From Phycisphaerae bacterium (lineage in GTDB: Bacteria > Planctomycetota > Phycisphaerae > Sedimentisphaerales > UBA12454), in NCBI GenBank assembly GCA_041478555.1, contig JBGOWI010000001.1:42073-106072 (forward strand): DNA of 64,000 nucleotides, in the 5' to 3' direction. A model generated the notes under the pieces. That model worked only from the letters and a program-made list of their open reading frames with translations, was not told the DNA's origin and made no database searches. Both the position numbers and the translations under genes were made by a program. This document shows, one piece after another, positions 37,701-45,683 of the stretch (position 1 is its first letter; every line of letters begins with the position of its first letter).

Positions 37701-37972
37701 ATAAGTATTAGAATTAAAGCTGGTTTTTCATTACTCTTCGATATGAAGTTTTCGGCAGATGTTTGGGTTTTCTACCAGCTATCCATGGCAGCAGAAACAG
37801 GAATCTGTTTTTAATATTCATAAGACACCAGAATTCAGAAGATTATATATTACAGCGGAGCTGATTTTGCAACCATTTTTTGTTCGGGACCGACATCCAA
37901 AGTTTTCTTGTTTAGCCTTTTTAGTTGGCTTATAATCCTATTTTGCCCCATCTGATATTCGAAAGAGTCTTT

Positions 37973-38401
37973 ATGCTGCAGAAACAGACAGGTCTGTTAC
38001 GAATAAGAATAATTTCGCTTATCCTGTTATTTGCTTTGTCTGTAGCGGGCTTTTGGATGTGGAGATGCTATCGAGGCTGGTCAGAAAGCTGGATAAGATT
38101 TTATATTTCAAGTATCGTGTATGTAATGGTGTTATCTGTCGGTCTGTTTGCCATCCTGCCGAGTAGAAAAAATGTCCTGCGAATACCTTTGATTGTTTTT
38201 GTTCTGACCTGCGGCCTTGAGTTTCTACAGCTTTACAAGCCGCCGATTTTACAATCCTTCAGGGCAACATTGATTGGAGCGGCTCTTATCGGGACGGATT
38301 TTGTATGGCTGCAGTTCCCATTTTATATAGTGGGAGCATTATGCTCGTATTTGCTGTTGGGGTTCCTTTTTTCAATTCAAAATCCTCATTATCAGCACTG
38401 A
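37973..38401 (+). CDS. small polytopic membrane protein (DUF2809-like?)
   Basis: Four hydrophobic helices. LEFLQLY ... GTDFVWLQFPFYIVGA resembles DUF2809, from memory only. Confidence 0.45.
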   Translation: MLQKQTGLLRIRIISLILLFALSVAGFWMWRCYRGWSESWIRFYISSIVYVMVLSVGLFAILPSRKNVLRIPLIVFVLTCGLEFLQLYKPPILQSFRATLIGAALIGTDFVWLQFPFYIVGALCSYLLLGFLFSIQNPHYQH

Positions 38402-38697
38402 TAATGGCGTTTTTCCTCGAGAAAATAATCTTGCTTTGCCGATAAAGCTTTAGTATAGTACCTCGCAAGCCCGTGTCAGAAGGGGTAGCAATAGGAATAT
38501 GGGGCCGGCAGTATCACGGCATAGCTGGCTCAAGCCTCAGACAGGGCCCAACCGGTCCGAACCTGAACGGACACCGTGAAAGCAGAAAAATTGAAGATTT
38601 AAAATTTAAGATTTAACATTTGTGGATTCCTTCTGTCTTTTTTTGTTTTTACAATCCTTCAATTTTAAATCTTAAGTGTTCAATTTTAAATGACTTA

Positions 38698-38768
38698 TAC
38701 CCGGTGGTGTAATTGGTAACACAGGAGGTTTTGGTCCTCCCATTCCAGGTTCGAGTCCTGGCCGGGTA
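38698..38768 (+). tRNA. tRNA-Gln (anticodon TTG)
   Basis: Cloverleaf read by hand: acceptor TACCCGG/CCGGGTA, D arm GTGT-AATTGGTA-ACAC, anticodon arm GGAGG-TTTTGGT-CCTCC (anticodon TTG), T arm CCAGG-TTCGAGT-CCTGG. No CCA is encoded. Confidence 0.9.
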
Positions 38769-38795
38769 GGTAAAAAAATTAAAAATTGAGGGAAT

Positions 38796-40016
38796 ATGTC
38801 CGAAAAAGTTGCGATAATATTGGCGGCAGGCATAAGCAGCAGAATGAATACTAAACTGCCAAAGGTTCTCCACGAGGTCTGTGGCAGGCCGATGCTGGCC
38901 TATGTCCTTGATGCATGCAGAAGTGCAGGTATTGAAAAGGCTTATGTAATTGTCGGTTACGGTAAAGAACAGGTGATCGAGCAATTCAGCAATGATAAAA
39001 ATATTATCTGGATAGAGCAGACTGAGCAGAAAGGTACCGGACATGCAGTTATGTGCTGCAGGGAGCATTTGGCTGACTTTGATGGCGATACACTTGTACT
39101 CTGCGGCGATGGGCCTTTAATCAGGGTTGAAACCCTCAAGACTCTTATGGAAAAACATCAGAGAGAAATGTCGGCAGCAACACTGGCGACCGCTATTCTC
39201 GATGACCCAACCGGTTACGGCAGAATTATCCGGGATAGTTATGGAAATATTCAGGGTATTATCGAGGACGACGACTGCAGCCCACAGCAAAAAACAATAA
39301 GAGAAGTTAATCCGAGCTACTACTGTTTCAAAAACAAAATACTCTTTGAGACCCTGGACAGAATAACGCCTGACAATGTGAAAAAGGAATATTATCTGAC
39401 CGACGCACTCCATTTGATTATCAAGGCCGGACATAAGGTGGTGGCAGTTACCGCGGTGGCGACTGAAGATGCGATAGGAATTAACAGCCGTCAGCAGCTC
39501 AGCGAGGTGAGCAAAATTATGCAGCGCAGGATTCAGGACAGGTTCATGAAAACCGGCGTTACGATTGTTGACCCGCCGAATACCTGGATTGATGCACGTG
39601 CACAAATCGGGCAGGATACCATAATCGAACCGTTTACGTACATCCATGGAAAGGTCAAAATCGGACGAAACTGTCGCGTAGGACCATTTGCTTATTTGAG
39701 AGACGGCACTGTTCTCAAAGATGATGTGGTTCTGGGTGTCTTTACTGAAGTGAAAAATTCAACCCTTTCAGAAGGAGTAAGAGCCAGACATCACAGCTAT
39801 ATAGGCGACTCTCAGGTGGGTAAAAATGTAAACATCGGCGCCGGCGCAATAACAGCAAATTTTGACGGCGAGAAAGTCAATCCAACTCGAATCGGCGACG
39901 GCACCTTTATTGGACCAGGCTCGATTCTTGTTGCTCCGGTCGATATTCCGGCAGGCGCACATATAAAGCCTGGCTCGGTGAAACAATCGGAAAATATTGA
40001 AGGAAAGAAAAAATAA
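38796..40016 (+). CDS. glmU: bifunctional UDP-GlcNAc pyrophosphorylase / GlcN-1-P acetyltransferase
   Basis: AIILAAGISSRMNTKLPKVLHEVCGRPML, plus a C-terminal left-handed beta-helix hexapeptide region (NVNIGAGAITANFDG). Confidence 0.85.
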   Translation: MSEKVAIILAAGISSRMNTKLPKVLHEVCGRPMLAYVLDACRSAGIEKAYVIVGYGKEQVIEQFSNDKNIIWIEQTEQKGTGHAVMCCREHLADFDGDTLVLCGDGPLIRVETLKTLMEKHQREMSAATLATAILDDPTGYGRIIRDSYGNIQGIIEDDDCSPQQKTIREVNPSYYCFKNKILFETLDRITPDNVKKEYYLTDALHLIIKAGHKVVAVTAVATEDAIGINSRQQLSEVSKIMQRRIQDRFMKTGVTIVDPPNTWIDARAQIGQDTIIEPFTYIHGKVKIGRNCRVGPFAYLRDGTVLKDDVVLGVFTEVKNSTLSEGVRARHHSYIGDSQVGKNVNIGAGAITANFDGEKVNPTRIGDGTFIGPGSILVAPVDIPAGAHIKPGSVKQSENIEGKKK

Positions 40017-40027
40017 AGGGGCTGGAA

Positions 40028-40975
40028 ATGCTTTTGAATGAAAACATTAAAATTTTCAGCGGCTCAAGTAATCCGCAGCTTACGGAAAAGATATGCAGGT
40101 ATCTTGATGTGCCTGTCGGCGGAGCAAAAATTGAGCGTTTTCCGGACGGCGAAAAAATGATAAAATGCGAAGACGACGTGCGCGGAAAAGATTGTTTCAT
40201 CGTCCAGTCCGGCTGTGAACCTGTTGACGCCAATCTTGTTGAGCTTCTGATTTTCCTTGATTGCCTCAAACGCGCAAGTGCAAGCAGAGTAACAGCGGTA
40301 ATACCTTATTTCGGCTATGCAAGACAGGACAGAAAAGACGAAGGCAGAGTGCCCATAACCGCAAAATTAGTCGCAAATCTGATTACCACAGCCGGTGCCG
40401 ACAGAGTCCTTGCCATGGACCTTCATGCGGCACAACTGCAGGGCTTCTTTGATATACCGGTTGACCATCTTTTTGCCGAGCCGGTGCTCAGCAAATATTT
40501 TCAGAATAAAAAAATTGAAAAACTGACGATTGTTTCGCCGGATATCGGAAATATGAAAAGGGCGGCAAGATATGTCGAACACCTCAACGGCGAACTGGCG
40601 ATAATTCACAAAAGACGCGTAAACGGCAAAGAGGTTCAGTTCGGTGAAATTATCGGTACAGTCAAGGGAAGAAATGTTCTGATGTGCGATGATATGATTT
40701 CGACAGCCGCTACAATGTGCATCGCCGCAAAAATTGTCAAGGAACAGGGTGCGAATAAGGTTTTCATAGGCGCAACGCACGGCATATTTTCAGACAAGGC
40801 GGTTGAAAATATTGCTGACTCGCCGATTGATGAGGTGGTCGTAACCGACACCATTCCTTTGAGGGAAAATGTGAAAAAACTCAAAAATCTTAAGGTGCTG
40901 ACGGTTTCGGAGATTCTTGGTGAGGCCATAAAGCGCATTCACAAAAACGAGTCAATAAGTGCTATGTTTTGTTAG
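40028..40975 (+). CDS. prs: ribose-phosphate pyrophosphokinase
   Basis: IKIFSGSSNPQLTEKI ... ERFPDGE ... YFGYARQDRK ... MCDDMISTAAT (PRPP-binding loop). Confidence 0.9.
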   Translation: MLLNENIKIFSGSSNPQLTEKICRYLDVPVGGAKIERFPDGEKMIKCEDDVRGKDCFIVQSGCEPVDANLVELLIFLDCLKRASASRVTAVIPYFGYARQDRKDEGRVPITAKLVANLITTAGADRVLAMDLHAAQLQGFFDIPVDHLFAEPVLSKYFQNKKIEKLTIVSPDIGNMKRAARYVEHLNGELAIIHKRRVNGKEVQFGEIIGTVKGRNVLMCDDMISTAATMCIAAKIVKEQGANKVFIGATHGIFSDKAVENIADSPIDEVVVTDTIPLRENVKKLKNLKVLTVSEILGEAIKRIHKNESISAMFC

Positions 40976-41021
40976 TTGATTTTTTGTAAAGTAAAAGTTT
41001 AGGCTTTAGATGAGGTAAAAT

Positions 41022-41678
41022 ATGGTATCAAAAGAGCTGGTTCTCAAGGCCCAGATAAGAAAGGAGCTTGGTTCAAAGCATGCAGCAAAACTGCGATTGG
41101 CGGGCAGAATCCCTGCCATTATTTATGGACACGAACAAAAGCCCGAGGCTGTTATTCTCGATGCGCATGATTTTTCGGAAGGGCTTCATCACGGCCATAG
41201 ACTTTTCGATGTTGAGTTCGACGGCAGGAAGGAAAAACTGCTGGTTAAGGATGTGCAATATGATTATCTCGGCAAAAAGATAATTCATGCAGATTTAATC
41301 AGAGTCGACCTCAGCGAGAGAGTCAAGGTGCAGGTGCCGCTTGTTTTCAAGGGCACTCCTGCAGGCGTGCATGAGGGAGGACTGCTGGAAGAACATCTTG
41401 ACCGGGTAGAGATTGAATGTGCGGTTACCGATATACCGGAGTCGATTGACGTTTCGGTTAAAAGTCTCAAAGTCGGCGATTCGCTTCACGCCAGAGATAT
41501 TCAACTGCCGGCAGAAGTTAAACTCCTGACCGACCCGGATACGCTCCTGATAGCCTGCCATCTGCCTGTGGTGGCTGCCGCTGAAGAAATAGCTGAAGCT
41601 GTCCAGGAGCCGATAGTTCCTGAGGTCATTACAGAACGAAAACCAAAAGAGGAGGAACAGACTGAAGAAGAAAAGTAA
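41022..41678 (+). CDS. rplY: 50S ribosomal protein L25 / general stress protein Ctc
   Basis: GRIPAIIYGH ... VQYDYLGKKIIHADLIRV, a long-form L25 with an acidic tail. Its position upstream of pth is canonical. Confidence 0.85.
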   Translation: MVSKELVLKAQIRKELGSKHAAKLRLAGRIPAIIYGHEQKPEAVILDAHDFSEGLHHGHRLFDVEFDGRKEKLLVKDVQYDYLGKKIIHADLIRVDLSERVKVQVPLVFKGTPAGVHEGGLLEEHLDRVEIECAVTDIPESIDVSVKSLKVGDSLHARDIQLPAEVKLLTDPDTLLIACHLPVVAAAEEIAEAVQEPIVPEVITERKPKEEEQTEEEK

Positions 41679-41710
41679 GTTTCTGCGGCCGGTATGCCGG
41701 AAAGTACTTG

Positions 41711-42316
41711 ATGAACGAGATAAGATTAATAGCAGGTCTTGGCAATCCAGGCTTGGAATACCAGGGAACGCGCCATAATGTGGGATTTGAAGTTATCGAC
41801 CTGCTGACGAAAAAGCTGAAGGTTGAGCTGAACAGAGAAAAGTTCGGAGCAGCTTTCGGACAGGTGGGATTTGAAGATAAAAAGTTAATATTGTTAAAGC
41901 CGGTTCTGTTTATGAATAACAGCGGCCAGGTTCTTGCAACCGCTGCGAATTTTTACAAACTAACAGCCGACGGGATACTGGTAGTAACGGATGACATGGC
42001 CCTTGAGCCGGGTATGATACGACTTAGAGCCGGCGGTTCTGCCGGCGGGCACAACGGACTTGCTGATATTATCGAAAAACTGGGCACAGACGAATTTGGC
42101 AGACTGCGGATAGGCATCGGCAGCAGAAACCAGACGGCAGGAAGGGATTATGTGCTTTCAAGGCCGGACGAGACTGAAAGAAAGCTGATAGATACGGCAG
42201 TTACTGAAGCGGCAGAAGCTGTTCTGGTCTGGGCCAGCGATGGTATTGAAACTGCGATGAATAGATTTAATCGCAGATTGACAATGGACGACAGCGGCCA
42301 GTTCGGTAAACAATAA
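41711..42316 (+). CDS. pth: peptidyl-tRNA hydrolase
   Basis: LIAGLGNPGLEYQGTRHNVGF ... GGHNGL. Confidence 0.9.
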   Translation: MNEIRLIAGLGNPGLEYQGTRHNVGFEVIDLLTKKLKVELNREKFGAAFGQVGFEDKKLILLKPVLFMNNSGQVLATAANFYKLTADGILVVTDDMALEPGMIRLRAGGSAGGHNGLADIIEKLGTDEFGRLRIGIGSRNQTAGRDYVLSRPDETERKLIDTAVTEAAEAVLVWASDGIETAMNRFNRRLTMDDSGQFGKQ

Positions 42317-42372
42317 AATTTGAATCAGAAAATATATTGCTGTGATAATGATTTTGTTAAGGAGATATTGAT

Positions 42373-42843
42373 TTGGAAACCGTAACAAAAAGGTTGTATG
42401 AGGCGATGTTTCTTGTGGATTCCGCAGAAGCGGCGGCTGACTGGCAGGGTATAAATGAACACATAAGAAAGGTGTTCGAGCGTAACGATGCCAAAGTGGT
42501 CAATATTCACAAATGGGACGAGCGGCCGCTTGCCTATGAGATTATGGGCAGAAACAGAGGTACATATATTCTTGTTTACTTTAACAGCCCTTCAGACAGA
42601 ATTGCTTCAATTGAAAGAGATTCACAGCTTTCAGAAAGAATTATGCGGGTGCTCATCCTTAGGGCAGACCATGTAACAAAGGAAGATATGGAAAAAGAAA
42701 CTCCTGCCATGATGGTCGAAAGACAAGCTCGCAAGCCAGACGATTCCGAAGCGCCTTCTGTTGCTGATTACGAAGAAGCGATTGGCATCGAAGACGATTT
42801 TGAGCCGGAGCAGCAATCCGACGGGCAGACAAAATTAGATTAA
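42373..42843 (+). CDS. rpsF: 30S ribosomal protein S6
   Basis: YEAMFLVDS ... WDERPLAYEI, with an acidic C-terminal tail. First gene of the rpsF-ssb-rpsR-rplI order. Confidence 0.85.
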   Translation: METVTKRLYEAMFLVDSAEAAADWQGINEHIRKVFERNDAKVVNIHKWDERPLAYEIMGRNRGTYILVYFNSPSDRIASIERDSQLSERIMRVLILRADHVTKEDMEKETPAMMVERQARKPDDSEAPSVADYEEAIGIEDDFEPEQQSDGQTKLD

Positions 42844-42865
42844 AAGAATTTAGAGAGGGACAAAT

Positions 42866-43315
42866 ATGGCAAATTTCAATAAGGTTATTTTGATGGGAAA
42901 CCTTACAAGAGACCCGCAACTGTCTTACACACCCAGCCAGACGGCTGTAGTGGATTTTGGCATTGCAACCAATCGTCGGTGGACTGCTCAGGATGGTCAG
43001 CAGCGTGAAGAGGTCTGCTTTGTGGACTGTAGGGCGTTCGGCAAACCGGCTGAAACGATAAATAAATACTGTAAAAAAGGAAAACCACTGATGCTTGAGG
43101 GCAGACTTACATTTGACAGTTGGACAGGAAAGGACGGTGCCAAACGCAGCAGACTGCGGGTTACAGTAGAGAATTTTCAGTTTCTGCCTGCCGGCGGCAG
43201 CGGCGGCGGCGGTGAGCAGAGCGGAATTGCCGGCGATGAATCTCAAGCACCTTCCGAGGATGGCGGCTCGGCAAATGAAGCTCAAAGCGGCAGCAAAGAC
43301 GACATCCCGTTTTGA
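42866..43315 (+). CDS. ssb: single-stranded DNA-binding protein
   Basis: NKVILMGNLTRDPQL OB fold, a Gly-rich linker and the C-terminal DDIPF tip. Confidence 0.9.
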   Translation: MANFNKVILMGNLTRDPQLSYTPSQTAVVDFGIATNRRWTAQDGQQREEVCFVDCRAFGKPAETINKYCKKGKPLMLEGRLTFDSWTGKDGAKRSRLRVTVENFQFLPAGGSGGGGEQSGIAGDESQAPSEDGGSANEAQSGSKDDIPF

Positions 43316-43362
43316 GTTAACCGGAAAAATACAAATAAAGATAAATTTAGGAGAAGCTTTCA

Positions 43363-43632
43363 GTGAGATATCAAGGTTTTAAAAAGAAGACAGACACAAC
43401 CAAGAGAAGAAAACGTAGAGACAATGTCAGAGAGCAGAATCAATGCAGATTCTGTCGGTCGAAAGTAAAGTATGTTGATTACAAGGACCTTGAGGTGTTA
43501 AGCAAACTGCTTACTCACCGGGGCAAGATTTTCTCGCGTAAGCGCAGCGGCAACTGCGCAAGCTGTCAGCGAAAAGTCAAGCTGGCGATAAAACGGGCAC
43601 GTTTCATAGGACTGCTGCCGTTTACAAGTTAA
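43363..43632 (+). CDS. rpsR: 30S ribosomal protein S18
   Basis: CRFCRSKVKYVDYKD...LSKLLTHRGKIFSRKRSGNCASCQRKVKLAIKRARFIGLLPF. Confidence 0.9.
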   Translation: MRYQGFKKKTDTTKRRKRRDNVREQNQCRFCRSKVKYVDYKDLEVLSKLLTHRGKIFSRKRSGNCASCQRKVKLAIKRARFIGLLPFTS

Positions 43633-43692
43633 TTGTTCGTTTGTGAAAAAATCGACTTAAACCCCGACAGATTGATTATTGGAGATATTTGC

Positions 43693-44187
43693 GTGAAGGT
43701 TTTACTGTGTGAAGATATTGAAAAACTCGGCTGGTATGGCGATGTAGTCGAAGTCAGCGAAGGTTACGCAAGAAATTATCTGCTGCCGAAAAGAATTGCG
43801 ACGATTCCGACAGAGCAAAAAATAAAAGCCATGACCGAGGAAAAGGCCAAAAGAACTGAACAAAGAAAGTTTGACGACGAAGGGCTGCAAAAGGCTGCCG
43901 TAGCGGTCGATGGCGCAGAGGCCGTTATTGCAGCAAAGGTCAACGAGCAGGGACATCTGTTCGGCTCTGTTACAGAGAAGGAAATTGCCGAAAATCTCCG
44001 CCAGCAGGGTTACGAAATCGCCGACAAATTTGTGCAGCTCGATGAGCATATTAAGGAACTTGGCCAGCATACGGTTAACCTTAAATTCGCAGCGAATGTA
44101 ACAGCTAAAGTAAAAGTTACGGTAGTGCCACAAGGACAGGGTGTAGAAACAGCTGATGGCTCAGGAAGTCAGACAAACGCGGAATAA
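43693..44187 (+). CDS. rplI: 50S ribosomal protein L9
   Basis: GTG at 43693 behind TGGAGA gives VKVLLCEDIEKLGWYGDVVEVSEGYARNYLLPKRIA. The track ORF starts earlier, at 43633. Confidence 0.85.
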   Translation: MKVLLCEDIEKLGWYGDVVEVSEGYARNYLLPKRIATIPTEQKIKAMTEEKAKRTEQRKFDDEGLQKAAVAVDGAEAVIAAKVNEQGHLFGSVTEKEIAENLRQQGYEIADKFVQLDEHIKELGQHTVNLKFAANVTAKVKVTVVPQGQGVETADGSGSQTNAE

Positions 44188-45637
44188 GAAAGCTCAGACT
44201 GACGAGCAGATGGATTCTTCGACAAGCTCGAAGCTTATTGCCGGCAGAACTATGCCGGAATCGCTTGAGGCTGAGGCGGCGGTGCTCGGTTCGATGATGC
44301 TCGACCCGGAGTGTATTGGGCTTGTTGTTCAAAAGATAAAAACCGAAGTGTTTTATCGCCTTGAACATCAGATGATATTTGATGCGATTGTTGCCTTGTG
44401 GGAGAAAAAGGACAAAGATTTTGACTTAGTGCTGTTGCGGGACGAGCTAAAAAAACGCGGCCAGCTCGAAGAAGTCGGCGGGCCGGAATACCTTGAAAAA
44501 ATTGCCTACGCTGTGCCGTCCAGTGCAAATGTCGAGCATTACCTTCAGATTGTAAAAGAAAAGCAGATGCTCAGAGAGCTTATCGCCGCTGCCGGCGAGG
44601 TTATGACTGATGCCTTTGAAACGGCCGGAGACGTCGGCGGCAAGCTCGACAGGGCTGAACAGAAAATATTCAACGTAACGCAGAAAAAAATTACCGGCAC
44701 TGCAGTAGCAATCAAGGACCTGCTGATACAGGCGTTTGAAAGTATAGAAAAGCGCGAGGGACATCATGTTACGGGGCTTGCGACCGGTTTCCATAAGCTT
44801 GATGAGTTGACCTGCGGTCTGCAGAACGGCGAAATGATTATTATTGCCGGCAGACCGAGTATGGGCAAAACAAGTTTTGCTATGAATATTACCGAGTATA
44901 TCGGGGCTGATAGTAATATACCTGTCGCAATATTCTCTCTTGAAATGAGCAGACAGCAGCTTGTTGAGCGCATGCTGTGCAGCAGAGCCGGGGTTGATTC
45001 TCAGCGCGTAAGAAAAGGTTTCTTGAGTGACGAGGAATATCGACAGCTTCATGAAGCTGCCGACAATATGATTAACAAGCCCATATATGTCGATGACACC
45101 CCCGGCATTACGCCGCTGGAGTTGCGAGGCAAGGCAAGAAGGCTCAGGGCGCAGCACGGCATAAGGTGTATTGTTGTTGATTATCTGCAGCTTATGAGTC
45201 TCGGGACAAGAGTGGAGTCCAGGCAGCAGGAAGTAAGCGAAATGAGCAGGTATCTGAAGGCCCTTGCCAGAGAGCTTGAGATACCGGTTGTGGTTTTAAG
45301 CCAGCTTAATCGGGCTCCTGAAGGAAGAGAGGACCATAGGCCGAGAATGAGTGATTTGCGCGAGAGCGGCAGTATTGAGCAGGATGCCGACGTCGTGATG
45401 CTGCTGCATCGTGAAGATTATTACCGACGGGACAGCGGCAAGGAAGGCGAAGAAGAAGAAGGTAATAAGGAAGAAAAGGATAATATCGCTGACGTAATAA
45501 TAGCCAAACAGCGTAATGGCCCAACAGGGACAGAGCAACTGATATTTAACAGCCGGTTTACAAGGTTTTATGATATGTCGAGAACGCAGGAACCATCGCA
45601 GTTTGACCTCAAGTCCAAGATACAGGCGCCGTTCTGA
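44156..45637 (+). CDS. dnaB: replicative DNA helicase
   Basis: PESLEAEAAVLGSMMLD, Walker A AGRPSMGKTSFAMN, and IVVDYLQLM. The start is uncertain (44156 or 44210). Confidence 0.9.
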   Translation: MAQEVRQTRNKKAQTDEQMDSSTSSKLIAGRTMPESLEAEAAVLGSMMLDPECIGLVVQKIKTEVFYRLEHQMIFDAIVALWEKKDKDFDLVLLRDELKKRGQLEEVGGPEYLEKIAYAVPSSANVEHYLQIVKEKQMLRELIAAAGEVMTDAFETAGDVGGKLDRAEQKIFNVTQKKITGTAVAIKDLLIQAFESIEKREGHHVTGLATGFHKLDELTCGLQNGEMIIIAGRPSMGKTSFAMNITEYIGADSNIPVAIFSLEMSRQQLVERMLCSRAGVDSQRVRKGFLSDEEYRQLHEAADNMINKPIYVDDTPGITPLELRGKARRLRAQHGIRCIVVDYLQLMSLGTRVESRQQEVSEMSRYLKALARELEIPVVVLSQLNRAPEGREDHRPRMSDLRESGSIEQDADVVMLLHREDYYRRDSGKEGEEEEGNKEEKDNIADVIIAKQRNGPTGTEQLIFNSRFTRFYDMSRTQEPSQFDLKSKIQAPF

Positions 45638-45683
45638 AATGACCGGCCTTATTTGTTAAAAAACTTTGCAGGAAAGGGATTTT

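Noticed and set aside
38440-38600. SRP (4.5S) RNA
   Set aside because: Neither strand contains the conserved helix-8 GGUCCGGAAGGAAGCAGC motif or a GNAR tetraloop in the right context. Only short chance-level similarities were seen.
42659-43285. 208-aa minus-strand ORF
   Set aside because: It is antisense to rpsF and ssb, both of which have unmistakable motifs.
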